64,000 nt of DNA from Candidatus Babeliales bacterium (GCA_031972475.1 DALYEP010000001.1:670567-734566); one strand, 5' to 3'; positions 9,430 through 19,165 are shown, counted from the stretch's first letter. Notes: generated by a model from the letters alone, not told the origin. Program-made: numbers and translations.

Positions 9430-10362
9430 GTGAATAAAAAAAGATATTTTTTATGTGGGATAGTTTTAATAAGTCAGGCTTTTGGAACTTCTAGTTTTGT
9501 TACAGAGTCTTACTCTACAAGCTCTTCTTTTAAAGAAGATATGGTGAATGGAAAATTAATAAAATCTGAAAAATTACATAAAAGTAGTAATAATAAAACA
9601 GCAGGTAAGGATGGCAAAATTATTTATCAAAAATTTGATAATAATAAAGATGAGCAAGTGCAAGATCCTTTTTTAGGTATAAAAACTTCTGGAGAAGATT
9701 ATTTTAATTACAACACCCAATCTTCTATTGATAAAAAAATGATAAAATTAGTTACAGGCTCATGTTCAATTACCGACTTTGGAAGTGGTTTTACCGATCG
9801 TCAAGTTGCTATTGTAAAAAAGAATGCGGCAAAAAATGTTTCAGGAGATTTTTTGTTTGGAATTTTTAATTCTTCAAATGATGCAGTTACTATGAATGCA
9901 GAAAGTGCATTAATTCAAGCTTTTCATCAAGGAGACAATAAGCCTGATATAGAAATCATGATTGATGCTTTAGAGAATATTAAAGAATTTAGTGAAGATA
10001 ATAATTATAAAGATTTTTTTGGTGTAGGAATGGCTATTTTACGCGATCTTACTTCTAGAAAAGAGCTGACTGTTTGGTGCCCTTTTAATTGTAAGGCAGC
10101 TGTTTTTTCTAAAAGAAATATTAGTGATTGTGATGATATGGTCTGTTTTAAAAGCATATCAAAAGGAGATATTATTATTTTTGGAACAAATAACTTTTGG
10201 GAAAAAATTGATTCAAATGAAGCAATAAAGATTGCAAAAAAAGATTTTAAAAAAGTTTCATATGCAAAATCTGCTATTGATGTAGCAGAAAAATTAGTGA
10301 TTACAGCTCGGACAAGAGGTTGTAACGAGGCAATGAATGTACTTGTTGTTTATATTTTGTAA
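9430..10362 (+). CDS. Exported PP2C/PPM-like protein with substituted metal-binding residues (putative pseudophosphatase)
   Basis: GTG start 6 nt after AAGGAG, with signal peptide MNKKRYFLCGIVLISQAFG. The PP2C motif order is conserved: FLFGIFNSSNDA (compare FGVFDGHGG), LTVWCPFNCKAAVF (compare VANVGDSRAVL), GDIIIFGTNNFWEKI (compare LILASDGLWD) and RGCNEAMNVLVVYI (compare GSKDNITVIVV). Confidence 0.5.
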   Translation: MNKKRYFLCGIVLISQAFGTSSFVTESYSTSSSFKEDMVNGKLIKSEKLHKSSNNKTAGKDGKIIYQKFDNNKDEQVQDPFLGIKTSGEDYFNYNTQSSIDKKMIKLVTGSCSITDFGSGFTDRQVAIVKKNAAKNVSGDFLFGIFNSSNDAVTMNAESALIQAFHQGDNKPDIEIMIDALENIKEFSEDNNYKDFFGVGMAILRDLTSRKELTVWCPFNCKAAVFSKRNISDCDDMVCFKSISKGDIIIFGTNNFWEKIDSNEAIKIAKKDFKKVSYAKSAIDVAEKLVITARTRGCNEAMNVLVVYIL

Positions 10363-10434
10363 AAAATATCTTTTTAAAATCCTTATACTTGGCTAAGCTT
10401 CATGATTAATTTTACATAGGTATAAGGATTTTTT

Positions 10435-13152
10435 GTGAATACATACGATAAAAATACATTATTTTTAATAGACGGCTCATCTTTTTTATATCGTGCATAT
10501 TACGGGCTTCGCCCTTTACATACTCCTCAAGGAGCTCCTGTTCAAGCTGTCTATGGTTTTTGTCGTATGATAAAAAAATTAATAGAAAAATTCGATGCTC
10601 ACAATGTTGTTCTTATTTGGGATAGTAAAGGTAAAACAGATCGTCATCAGTTGTTTCCTGATTATAAAGGAAACAGACAAGAACCTCCTTCTGATCTGTT
10701 TGAACAAAAAGAATTAATTGTAGCATTTGCTAATGCTATTGGTCTTAAACAATATTCTAAGGTTGGGATAGAAGCAGATGATTTGATGTATTCATTTGCG
10801 CAATGGTGGTCAAAAAGTGGTAATAAGTCGATAATTATAACATCAGATAAAGACATGGGACAGGCGATTGATGATAATATTGTAATATATGACTCATTTA
10901 AAGACCTTATTATTGATAAGGATGTGTTTAACGAAAGAATGGGCTTTGATCCATCTAAAACAGTTTTTTATTTTTCTCTTGTCGGAGATTCTTCTGATAA
11001 CATTCCAGGTGTAAAAGGAATAGGCGCTAAGGGCGCTTTAGAACTTGTTTCATCATATGATTCTTTACAAGATGTTTATTTAAAAATTGATACTGTTGTG
11101 AGTAAGCGTTTAAAAACTGCACTGGAAGAGCATAAAGAGGATGCTTTTTTAAGTGAAAAATTATTTACGCTTACTTGTTATTCAATAGAAAAAAAAGATT
11201 ATAATGTGCAATTTGATAAAAGTTGTTGGAGTGGTGCAAGGACGCTTTTTGAAGAGCTTAATTTTATAAGTCTGCTTAAAGAGATACCAGCTCCAGCAAT
11301 ACAACAAAGTTTTTTTGATATATCTAAAACAAGTAAAGATTATGGTTATAGTTTTATTTTGATTACTAATCTTATTGATTTAGAAAATCTTATAGAAAAA
11401 ATTAAATATAAAAAAAAGTTTGCTTATGATACTGAGACTGATTCTTTAACTTCTTTGCAATGCAATCTTGTTGGAATATCTATCTGTGTAGAAGAAAATT
11501 TTTCTTATTATATTCCATGCGGTCATAATACAAAAGAAGAACAGCTACCGATTGATATTGTTATTCAAAAAATGAAAAATATTTTTGAAGATAAAGATAT
11601 TTATAAAATTGCACATAATTCAAAATTTGATCAGTTAGTTCTTTCTCAATATGGCATTTATTTAGAAGGGCTTTTTTTTGATACAATGATAGCTGCTTCT
11701 TTAGTTAAAGAAGATTGGCAAAAGGCAGGGCTTAAAGAACTTTCTGAAGTTTATTTACACGAGAAAATGCTTACTTTTAAAGAAGTAGTAGAAGATAAAA
11801 AATATAAAAACTTTTCTTATGTACCATTATCCGAAGCTCTTGAATACGCTGCTGCAGATGCACATCAAACATTTAAATTACAGTCAATTTTAGAACATTC
11901 GCTAGAAGCAAAAGAGCAAAAAAATTTGTTTTATACTATTGAAATGCCACTGGTTTTAGTTCTTTTTGATATGGAAAGATTAGGAATTTATTGTGATATA
12001 GATGTGCTTAAATCTTTATATCAAACAGTTGTAGAAAAACTTGATCAGATTAATAAAACTATTCTTGGATTGATTGATCCGTCTTATGCTTCTATTAATT
12101 TAAATTCTCCTAAGCAAGTTGAGGATCTCTTATTTAATGGTCTTAAATTAACTCGTCAAAAAAAGAGTGTGAAGAGTAATACCTATTCAACAGATAATGA
12201 AGTTTTATTAGAATTAAGTAAAGATCATCCTGTTCCTTCATATATCGTTCAATATAGAGAGCTTTATAAGTTGAAAAGTACTTATATTGATGCATTGCCA
12301 ACATATATTAGTTCAAAAGACAATAGAATTCATACAACATATAGTCAAAATCGTGTAGCAACAGGACGACTTGCAAGTTCAGATCCAAACTTGCAAAATA
12401 TTCCTGTTCAGGGATTGGGTTCTATTGTAAGAATGGCTTTTAAGCCAGAAAGTGAAAATAGAGTTTTTATATCTGCAGACTACTCTCAAATTGAACTTCG
12501 CATTCTTGCTCAAGTAACTCAAGACCCTGTATTGATTAACGCATTTAAAAATAATGAAGATATTCATGCTCAAACAGCAGCAGGTATTTTTGATGTTTCA
12601 TTGACTGATGTTACTTTAGAGCAGCGTGCAATTGGAAAAAGAATTAATTTTAGTATTTTATATGGCCTTACTCCTTACGGTTTATCTAAAGATTTAGATA
12701 TTTCTCTTAAAGAGGCAAAGCATTTTATTGATACTTATTTTTCTCATTATAAAAATGTTCGTCCTTGGATGAATAATGTTATAGAAGATGCAAAAAGAAC
12801 AGGTTATGTAAAAACTATCTTTGGTAGACGTCGTTATATTCCTGGTCTTAAAGAAAAAAATAAAAATCTTTATGATCTTGCATGTCGAATTGCAGTTAAT
12901 ACAATCCCTCAAGGAACAAGCGCTGAAATTATGAAAATAGGCATGATTCGCGTTCATTCATTATTAAAAGATAAATATCATAATGCATATATTTTACTTC
13001 AAATTCACGATGAAATACTTATTGAGTGTGATCAAGAAGATGCTACTTTGATAGAAATAGATATTAAAAAAGAATTAGAGTCGGTTGTTTTGTGGGATAT
13101 TCCTTTGGCAGTTTCTACTAAAATCGGAAGGAATTGGAGAGATGCTGAATGA
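10435..13152 (+). CDS. polA: DNA polymerase I (5' nuclease, 3'-5' exonuclease-like and polymerase domains)
   Basis: 905 aa. N-terminal 5'-3' exonuclease (LIDGSSFLYRAYY, GVKGIGAKGALEL), a central exonuclease domain (FAYDTETDSL), and polymerase motifs A (SADYSQIELRILA), B (RAIGKRINFSILYG) and C (LQIHDEILIE). Confidence 0.95.
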   Translation: MNTYDKNTLFLIDGSSFLYRAYYGLRPLHTPQGAPVQAVYGFCRMIKKLIEKFDAHNVVLIWDSKGKTDRHQLFPDYKGNRQEPPSDLFEQKELIVAFANAIGLKQYSKVGIEADDLMYSFAQWWSKSGNKSIIITSDKDMGQAIDDNIVIYDSFKDLIIDKDVFNERMGFDPSKTVFYFSLVGDSSDNIPGVKGIGAKGALELVSSYDSLQDVYLKIDTVVSKRLKTALEEHKEDAFLSEKLFTLTCYSIEKKDYNVQFDKSCWSGARTLFEELNFISLLKEIPAPAIQQSFFDISKTSKDYGYSFILITNLIDLENLIEKIKYKKKFAYDTETDSLTSLQCNLVGISICVEENFSYYIPCGHNTKEEQLPIDIVIQKMKNIFEDKDIYKIAHNSKFDQLVLSQYGIYLEGLFFDTMIAASLVKEDWQKAGLKELSEVYLHEKMLTFKEVVEDKKYKNFSYVPLSEALEYAAADAHQTFKLQSILEHSLEAKEQKNLFYTIEMPLVLVLFDMERLGIYCDIDVLKSLYQTVVEKLDQINKTILGLIDPSYASINLNSPKQVEDLLFNGLKLTRQKKSVKSNTYSTDNEVLLELSKDHPVPSYIVQYRELYKLKSTYIDALPTYISSKDNRIHTTYSQNRVATGRLASSDPNLQNIPVQGLGSIVRMAFKPESENRVFISADYSQIELRILAQVTQDPVLINAFKNNEDIHAQTAAGIFDVSLTDVTLEQRAIGKRINFSILYGLTPYGLSKDLDISLKEAKHFIDTYFSHYKNVRPWMNNVIEDAKRTGYVKTIFGRRRYIPGLKEKNKNLYDLACRIAVNTIPQGTSAEIMKIGMIRVHSLLKDKYHNAYILLQIHDEILIECDQEDATLIEIDIKKELESVVLWDIPLAVSTKIGRNWRDAE

Positions 13153-13474
13153 AAAAATAATATTGAATTTAGTAGCAATGTTGTTGATATCAACAACATT
13201 AGCATCTGGTCAAAAAAAAGTTAGATTTGCATTGTTCAAATCAGTCTTATGTTGTTGTAAGGCTCGTGAGTCTAATGAGGCTACTTTTTTATGGCATCCT
13301 GATGCAGCCCCTGCTTTTTGTTTGCCAGCAAAAGATCATTTAGATAAAACAAGTCTTTCGGCTTTTTCAACATCAAGTAGTAGTTTTGAATATGTTAGTT
13401 TGGGTTCAAAGCTTTCAACTTCTTCTTTACATACTCATTCAAGGTCACTGGTGAATTTAAAACATGATGAATGA
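13142..13474 (+). CDS. Small exported Cys/Ser-rich hypothetical protein
   Basis: The start is moved to the ATG at 13142 (MLNEKIILNLVAMLLISTTLASG), which lies inside the last codons of polA. It contains an LCCCK cluster and a Ser-rich tail. The ORF-track start at 13085 would sit deep inside polA. Confidence 0.45.
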   Translation: MLNEKIILNLVAMLLISTTLASGQKKVRFALFKSVLCCCKARESNEATFLWHPDAAPAFCLPAKDHLDKTSLSAFSTSSSSFEYVSLGSKLSTSSLHTHSRSLVNLKHDE

Positions 13475-13528
13475 TAGATGACAGAATATTATGATGAAAA
13501 CTAAATTAAAATTAATTATAGGAGAAAA

Positions 13529-14275
13529 ATGGAAAATTTAATAAAAACAGATTCTTTGCTTATTGATCCTCTTAAAGATGGAATTAGTTCAGTTGAATTA
13601 TTACGTATTTCTGGCTCAGATCTTGATATAGCAAATGCTGCTCGTGTCTCTTATGGTCGTATCTCTCATGAAATTAGCGAAAGAGATAAGACCTTGATTC
13701 AATTTTTAATGGATCATGAACATACAAGTCCTTTTGAACACAACCAATTATCTTTTCGCATTAAAGCCCCAATTTTTATAGCTCGACAATGGATGCGACA
13801 TAGAATGAATTCTTATAATGAAATTAGCTATCGCTATGTCAAAGTTAAAACAGAATTTTATATACCATCATCATTTAGATTACAAGATACACAAAATAAG
13901 CAATCATCTCTTGGCTCGTTTCAAAACGACACTGCTTTACAAGCATATAAAAGCGCATTAGAAGTAGCATATAATACTTACACATCAATGATTGAAGCTG
14001 GGGTTTGTCGTGAACAAGCTCGTGCAATATTACCTGTTGCTACCTATACAGAATTTATTTTCACATGCAATCTTCATTCATTGATGCATTTTTTAAAGTT
14101 ACGTTTAGGTTCTGGAGCGCAACAAGAAATTCGTTCATATGCTCAAGCGCTTTTAGAGTTAGTTATTCCACATTTTCCAATTACCTTAGATGCATGGCGT
14201 AAGAAATATTTACCAGAAGAAAATTGGGTGTATAATGATGCCGTTGTTAATACATGGACAAAGCAATTAGGGTAA
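13529..14275 (+). CDS. thyX: Flavin-dependent thymidylate synthase ThyX
   Basis: ThyX signature QWMRHRMNSYNEISYRY (RHR...S.....S.RY). 248 aa. GGAG lies upstream of the ATG. Confidence 0.92.
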   Translation: MENLIKTDSLLIDPLKDGISSVELLRISGSDLDIANAARVSYGRISHEISERDKTLIQFLMDHEHTSPFEHNQLSFRIKAPIFIARQWMRHRMNSYNEISYRYVKVKTEFYIPSSFRLQDTQNKQSSLGSFQNDTALQAYKSALEVAYNTYTSMIEAGVCREQARAILPVATYTEFIFTCNLHSLMHFLKLRLGSGAQQEIRSYAQALLELVIPHFPITLDAWRKKYLPEENWVYNDAVVNTWTKQLG

Positions 14276-14288
14276 AAAGGGTAAGTCG

Positions 14289-14651
14289 TTGTTTAAATTT
14301 TTACTATTAGGTTTTATTTTTTCTTTTAATTTATATTCATCAGCTAATTTTCCTTCTGATACTAGTAGATCAACTCAACCTTTAGTTGAGGTATTAGAGA
14401 GACCTACTGAGTGGCAGTTGCGTGCTGGGCAAGGAGTAGTTTCTGCAGAAAATATAGTTTCTATGGATGACTATTTTTTTTCCGAACAGGAAAGAAGATC
14501 TTGCTGTAAAGTTTCTTCCTGTAAAAAAGAATCTTGTGGGGCATTCCCAGTTCGTTTTTGTTGTTTAGTTACTCTTCCGTTTACTGCTGTTACTGCAGCT
14601 GCAATGACAGCTTTTTGGTATGTAATTCAACAGTCAAATAAAAATGATTAA
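14289..14651 (+). CDS. Small signal-peptide protein with juxtamembrane Cys cluster and C-terminal TM anchor (family member 1)
   Basis: TTG start. N-terminus MFKFLLLGFIFSFNLYSS. C-terminus SCCKVSSCKKESCGAFPVRFCCLVTLPFTAVTAAAMTAFWYVIQQSNKND, which aligns with the C-terminus of the protein encoded at 15211-15759. Confidence 0.6.
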   Translation: MFKFLLLGFIFSFNLYSSANFPSDTSRSTQPLVEVLERPTEWQLRAGQGVVSAENIVSMDDYFFSEQERRSCCKVSSCKKESCGAFPVRFCCLVTLPFTAVTAAAMTAFWYVIQQSNKND

Positions 14652-14688
14652 TATCATCTTTTGTTAATTTTTTTAAAAAGGAGTTGTA

Positions 14689-14958
14689 ATGAAAAAGTAT
14701 TTTTATTTATTTTTTATAATAAACAACCTTTATTCTTCTAATCAAAAAGCAGCTATTAATCAAAGGCCTGATAGTCATATTATTGATATGGAAAGAATTA
14801 ATCGACCATTACTCAACAGCCGTTTTCAAGATAAAGAAACACAGGCAGTTGTTCAAGATGATGATTGTATAATAAGTATATGTTCTTATACAGCGCTTTT
14901 AGCATGTGGTCTTATTGCAGCAAAATTTTTTAATTGTATTAAATATAAAGAAGATTAA
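14689..14958 (+). CDS. Small signal-peptide protein with C-terminal hydrophobic anchor (family member 2)
   Basis: AAGGAG upstream of the start. N-terminus MKKYFYLFFIINNLYSS. C-terminal segment CIISICSYTALLACGLIAAKFFNC. Confidence 0.55.
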   Translation: MKKYFYLFFIINNLYSSNQKAAINQRPDSHIIDMERINRPLLNSRFQDKETQAVVQDDDCIISICSYTALLACGLIAAKFFNCIKYKED

Positions 14959-14984
14959 TGAGTGCTTTTTGAAAGGATATTTCT

Positions 14985-15227
14985 ATGAAGTATTTAGCTA
15001 TTTTTTTATTTTTTTTAACTAATCAATTATTTTCTTCTGAAAATGCTGATAAGCCAGATTTTGTTATAACAAATATAGAACCTAATATGCTTTCAGGTGA
15101 ATCAAAAGAGGCAGATATTGTTAAAGAAGGTAGCAAAGTGTCAGAAGTTAGTTGTAAAGACAGTTCATATTTTGATAATAAGATATCTTCTTTTTGTATG
15201 GCGGGTCTTTATGTACTCCTTATTTGA
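14985..15227 (+). CDS. Small signal-peptide protein with C-terminal hydrophobic anchor (family member 3)
   Basis: N-terminus MKYLAIFLFFLTNQLFSSE. C-terminus SSFCMAGLYVLLI. It overlaps the next gene by 17 nt. Confidence 0.5.
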   Translation: MKYLAIFLFFLTNQLFSSENADKPDFVITNIEPNMLSGESKEADIVKEGSKVSEVSCKDSSYFDNKISSFCMAGLYVLLI

Positions 15228-15759
15228 TTTATTAAAAGCAAAAGCTTTTAATAAAAAATACAATTTTTTTATATCACCCTTGCTCGGTTTAATTATTTTT
15301 GCAAATTTATATGCATCAGAGCCTTTGTTATCTCAAAAAAATTTGAGCGTGAATAGAGATGAATTTAGAGACCTTGCGATTGCAAGATATGCAGCTTATT
15401 CTAAAGAAGGTTATATTCAAGGTACAAATGAAGAATACCCTACAAATCAAGTTGTAGCAGAAGTTGAAAATCAGTCTTCATTAAATGAACGAGCTGTTCA
15501 TAAAAGTTATGAAACATTTTCTAAAAGCAGGCAAGGTTATACTGAGGGAACATATTCTTTAAGAAGAAATGCAACTTCAGAAGACTCCCAAATAGAAGCG
15601 CTTGAAGTAGGAGGAAATAGTTGTTGTAATAGAAAAAAAGAGATCTGCTCGTTTGGTCGTATTTATTGTATTGCAATAATAGGCATCCCTCTTTTTTTAG
15701 TATCAAGTGCCGCAGGAATTGGATTGTGGTATGCAAATCAACAGTCAAATTCAAATTAA
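15211..15759 (+). CDS. Signal-peptide protein with juxtamembrane Cys cluster and C-terminal TM anchor (family member 4)
   Basis: The start is moved to ATG 15211 (MYSLFDLL...LLGLIIFANLYAS). C-terminus SCCNRKKEICSFGRIYCIAIIGIPLFLVSSAAGIGLWYANQQSNSN shares SCC, KKE.C, a TM segment and WY..QQSN with the protein encoded at 14289-14651. Confidence 0.6.
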   Translation: MYSLFDLLKAKAFNKKYNFFISPLLGLIIFANLYASEPLLSQKNLSVNRDEFRDLAIARYAAYSKEGYIQGTNEEYPTNQVVAEVENQSSLNERAVHKSYETFSKSRQGYTEGTYSLRRNATSEDSQIEALEVGGNSCCNRKKEICSFGRIYCIAIIGIPLFLVSSAAGIGLWYANQQSNSN

Positions 15760-15958
15760 AAATCAAAGCTTTAGGGTTGTCTTTATGAAAAACAGCTTTA
15801 ATTTAGACTTTTAAAAAAAGAGAACTTTTTATTTTTTAAAGATTTGCTGATAAATAACTGCCTTGTTGATTTTAGGAATTTAAGCGAGCAAGCCTTTTCC
15901 AGATAGGGTTAATTTAAGGCTTATTTTTGGCAATTTATTTAATTACAATATGCTCGAT

Positions 15959-15986
15959 TTGACTTTCGAAGCGGTATTGTCATACT
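15959..15986 (+). promoter_or_regulatory. Candidate promoter upstream of rpmA
   Basis: TTGACT (15959-15964), a 16-nt spacer, then CATACT (15981-15986), about 70 nt upstream of the rpmA ATG. Confidence 0.3.
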
Positions 15987-16055
15987 TATAGAAACTTTTT
16001 TCAGTTTAATCGCTTAAAAAATCAAAAATTCTTTTTAAAATCAAAGGATAAGTCG

Positions 16056-16316
16056 ATGGCAACGAGTAAATCTGGTGGCTCAACATCAAACGGTCGTGAT
16101 AGTATTGGTAGAAGACTTGGTACTAAAAAGTACGCAGGTGAAGTAGTTCAACCTGGCGATATCATTATTCGTCAAAGAGGAACAAAGTTTCATGCTGGTG
16201 ATCACGTTGGTATGGGTAAAGATCATACATTATATGCACTTGGTGCTGGAACAGTAAGATTCCATTATCGTAGTGGTGGTCGCAAGTATGTATCTATAGA
16301 TTCAGTTTCTGAGTAA
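16056..16316 (+). CDS. rpmA: 50S ribosomal protein L27
   Basis: 86 aa: [59 protein letters not shown] is a canonical L27 sequence. Confidence 0.95.
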   Translation: MATSKSGGSTSNGRDSIGRRLGTKKYAGEVVQPGDIIIRQRGTKFHAGDHVGMGKDHTLYALGAGTVRFHYRSGGRKYVSIDSVSE

Positions 16317-16417
16317 GTTTTTTATTAAGCTTGTAAATTTTGCTTTAAACAATAAAACATGGTAAGACTTTCTCTATCGAGTAATGGAAAAACTTTTTAT
16401 TCATCGGAGAGCCATAA

Positions 16418-17296
16418 ATGACTGCGCGTTCTTTTAATTTTCTTAAATACAAATTTCATGCTGCATTTTTATCTTTAACTTTTATGTGTGCTGGTATTGC
16501 TGGATATATTTATAATGGTGGATTTAGATACAGCGTAGATTTTACAGGTGGAACGCAGGTTTTGTTTAAATTTAGCAATCCTGTTGGCTCTGAAGAGTTA
16601 AAGAGAATTTTATCTCACGCTGGATGGGAAGATGCTGTCACTCGTGAGTTTAGCGAAACTGAAGTTGTTGTAAGGGTAAAAGAATTTGCCAATAATGCTC
16701 AGGGCTTAGCGTTGGCTATACAACAAACCCTTGAAACTAATTTGCCAAATAAAACAACAGCAACAATTTTAGAAGCTAATGGCGTTGGTCCTGGAACTGG
16801 GCAAGAATTACGTTGGAATTTTTTATTGATGTTAATTGCTGGTTTTGCGCTTATGTTTGCCTATATTGTAATGAGATTTTGGTCTTTTTCTTACGGTATT
16901 GGAACGGTAATTGCATTGCTTCACGATCCTCTTGCGATACTTGCGGTTATTGCGATTACTAAAACAGAGATTTCTCCTAATGTTATTTGTGCAATTATTG
17001 CTGCTTTAGGTTATTCTATTAATGATACTATTGTTATTTTTGCCCGCATTAGAGAGCGATTTGCAGTTGCAAAACAGGGTGAAAGTCCGACAGCGATAGT
17101 TAATGAAAGTTTAAATCATACACTTACAAGAACAATTCTTACGAGCTTGGCAACTTTTTTGACAGTGCTAGCTCTTTTTGTTTTTGGTGGTGAATCTTTA
17201 CGTGATTTATCTTTGTCATTCATCGTTGGAATTTTAGTTGGAACTTATTCATCTATATTTGTTGCAAGTCCAATTATGTTGTATTTTAGACGTTAA
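16418..17296 (+). CDS. secF: Protein translocase subunit SecF
   Basis: 292 aa and six predicted TM segments. It has the SecF N-terminal motif (GGFRYSVDFTGGTQV) and the SecD/F C-terminal core (GYSINDTIVIFARIRE). Confidence 0.9.
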   Translation: MTARSFNFLKYKFHAAFLSLTFMCAGIAGYIYNGGFRYSVDFTGGTQVLFKFSNPVGSEELKRILSHAGWEDAVTREFSETEVVVRVKEFANNAQGLALAIQQTLETNLPNKTTATILEANGVGPGTGQELRWNFLLMLIAGFALMFAYIVMRFWSFSYGIGTVIALLHDPLAILAVIAITKTEISPNVICAIIAALGYSINDTIVIFARIRERFAVAKQGESPTAIVNESLNHTLTRTILTSLATFLTVLALFVFGGESLRDLSLSFIVGILVGTYSSIFVASPIMLYFRR

Positions 17297-17434
17297 TTAT
17301 TGATGTTTTTAGCTCTGTAAGACATGAATTTATCCATGAAATATCTATTCTTTAATTAAGATGGTGCATCATTATATATATGCGCTTGTTTATCTTTAGG
17401 ATCATTCGTAATTACATTTAGGAGGGATTTTGAT

Positions 17435-19165
17435 ATGAAAGATGATAAAATGACTAATCCTGTTGCGCCAAAAAGGAAAACAGTTGTTCGTAAAAAAGAG
17501 CCAAAAGTAGTAGTAGAACAAGTAATAGATCAACAGCCAGCTCAAGCAGTAACCGTTTCGGTTCCTACTCCTGTTTTAACTTCTCCTGTACAACAGCCTA
17601 TTGCGGTTGTTTCTCAAACAGAGCAGCCTCAAAAATTGGTGCGCGAAACTGTAAAGAAACAGTATGTTTCGCGAAGTCATAATTCATCTCGTAATCAAAA
17701 TCAATCTACAGCACAGCGTCAAGAAAATTATCCAAATATTCAAAGTGGGAATCAAAATCAATCGCAACCACAATATCCATATCAGCAGCCACAGCAGCAA
17801 TCTCAGCAGAACTATCATCATCATCAAAGACAACAAGATGTTTCTCCTAAGGTTTTGATGCGTGAACAAATGGAAGAGCTTTCTGTTCAAGAGCTTAATA
17901 TTCATGCCCGCCGTTGGGGTATTATAGGCTCAAGTTTAATGCTGCATAGGGAGTTGGTGGAAAAAATACTTGAAGCTCAACAGCACCCAGACAGAGAAAT
18001 TGCAGTTGAAGGTTTGCTTGAAAAACTTCCAGATGGTTTTGGTTTTTTGCGTTCACAAAAATTTGATTACATTTCAAGTCCTGATGACGTATATGTTTCT
18101 CCATCTCAAATTCGCCGTTTTGGTTTGCGTACTGGAGATACTGTTACAGGGACTATTCGTAAGCCAAAAGAGGGTGAAAAATATTTTGCATTACTTAAAG
18201 TTGATAAAGTTAATTTTCAAGATCCGGTAAAGCTTAATGAACGACCAACTTTTGATCGTTTATCTCCAATGCATCCGGATAAAAAATTTACACTTGAATC
18301 TGATCCTCTTAAAATATCAACTCGTTTAATGGATATTTTTACACCAGTAGGTCGAGGGCAAAGAGGATTGATTGTTGCTCCTCCAAAAGCTGGTAAAACA
18401 ATGCTCCTTAAGGAGATTGCCCAAAGTTTAATTTCTAACCATCCAGATGTTTATTTAATGGTTCTTCTTATTGATGAGCGGCCTGAAGAAGTTGCAGATA
18501 TGAGAAGATTTGTTAAAGGTGCTCACGCTGAGGTTATTAGTTCAACTTTTGATGAATCAGCAGAACGACATGTTCAAGTTGCGGAAATAGTACTTGAAAA
18601 GGCAAAAAGATTTGTAGAATCAGGTAAAGATGTTGTCATTCTTCTTGACGCAATTACTCGATTGGCACGTGCTTACAATACAACGGCTCCTGCTTCTGGA
18701 AAAGTTTTAACTGGTGGTATTGATGCAAATGCTCTTCAAAGGCCAAAACGCTTCTTTGGCGCTGCTCGTAGTATGGAAGAAGGTGGTTCTCTTACTATAA
18801 TAGCAACGGCTCTTGTTGAAACTGGATCTCGCATGGATGAAGTAATCTATGAAGAGTTTAAAGGTACAGGTAATATGGAGATGCATTTAAGTAGAAAACT
18901 TGCAAATCGTCGTATTTATCCTGCGTATGATTTACTTATGTCATCAACTCGTCGAGATGATTTGTTATTCTCAGAGGAAGAGCAAAAGCGTTCTTGGGTT
19001 CTTCAAAAATTCTTAGCAAACATGAATCCTATAGAAGGAATGGAGTTTATGATTGACAAGATGAAGAAATTCAAAACAAACGAAGAGTTTTTTGACTCTA
19101 TGAATAAACAGCGTCCAGTTAGTGGTTCTAATGGCAATGGCAATGGTTCTTCTGAATTAAAATAA
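17435..19165 (+). CDS. rho: Transcription termination factor Rho with ~140-aa N-terminal extension containing a Q/N-rich tract
   Basis: Rho_N helix bundle ([15 protein letters not shown]), cold-shock-like RNA-binding domain (GFGFLR), Walker A PPKAGKT and the C-terminal RecA-like domain. The extension is aa 1-141, including [55 protein letters not shown] lies upstream of the ATG. Confidence 0.92.
   Translation: MKDDKMTNPVAPKRKTVVRKKEPKVVVEQVIDQQPAQAVTVSVPTPVLTSPVQQPIAVVSQTEQPQKLVRETVKKQYVSRSHNSSRNQNQSTAQRQENYPNIQSGNQNQSQPQYPYQQPQQQSQQNYHHHQRQQDVSPKVLMREQMEELSVQELNIHARRWGIIGSSLMLHRELVEKILEAQQHPDREIAVEGLLEKLPDGFGFLRSQKFDYISSPDDVYVSPSQIRRFGLRTGDTVTGTIRKPKEGEKYFALLKVDKVNFQDPVKLNERPTFDRLSPMHPDKKFTLESDPLKISTRLMDIFTPVGRGQRGLIVAPPKAGKTMLLKEIAQSLISNHPDVYLMVLLIDERPEEVADMRRFVKGAHAEVISSTFDESAERHVQVAEIVLEKAKRFVESGKDVVILLDAITRLARAYNTTAPASGKVLTGGIDANALQRPKRFFGAARSMEEGGSLTIIATALVETGSRMDEVIYEEFKGTGNMEMHLSRKLANRRIYPAYDLLMSSTRRDDLLFSEEEQKRSWVLQKFLANMNPIEGMEFMIDKMKKFKTNEEFFDSMNKQRPVSGSNGNGNGSSELK

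Noticed and set aside
13085-13141. Long N-terminal extensions given by the ORF track for several genes (13085, 15097, 21848, 6789, 38559, 45093, 48538, 62438)
   Set aside because: These extensions overlap the preceding gene extensively, or add residues before a canonical family N-terminus or signal peptide. Internal ATG/GTG starts give conventional architectures, so the starts were moved and the change is noted in each feature.
16056-17296. rpmA without rplU and secF without secD as signs of gene loss
   Set aside because: The partner genes may simply be elsewhere in the genome. Absence from one window is not evidence of loss, and both proteins look intact.
17664-18230. Four short ORFs in other frames of the rho 5' region
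   Set aside because: They arise from the low-complexity CAA/AAT-rich tract and its surroundings. The rho frame is continuous and carries the real motifs.
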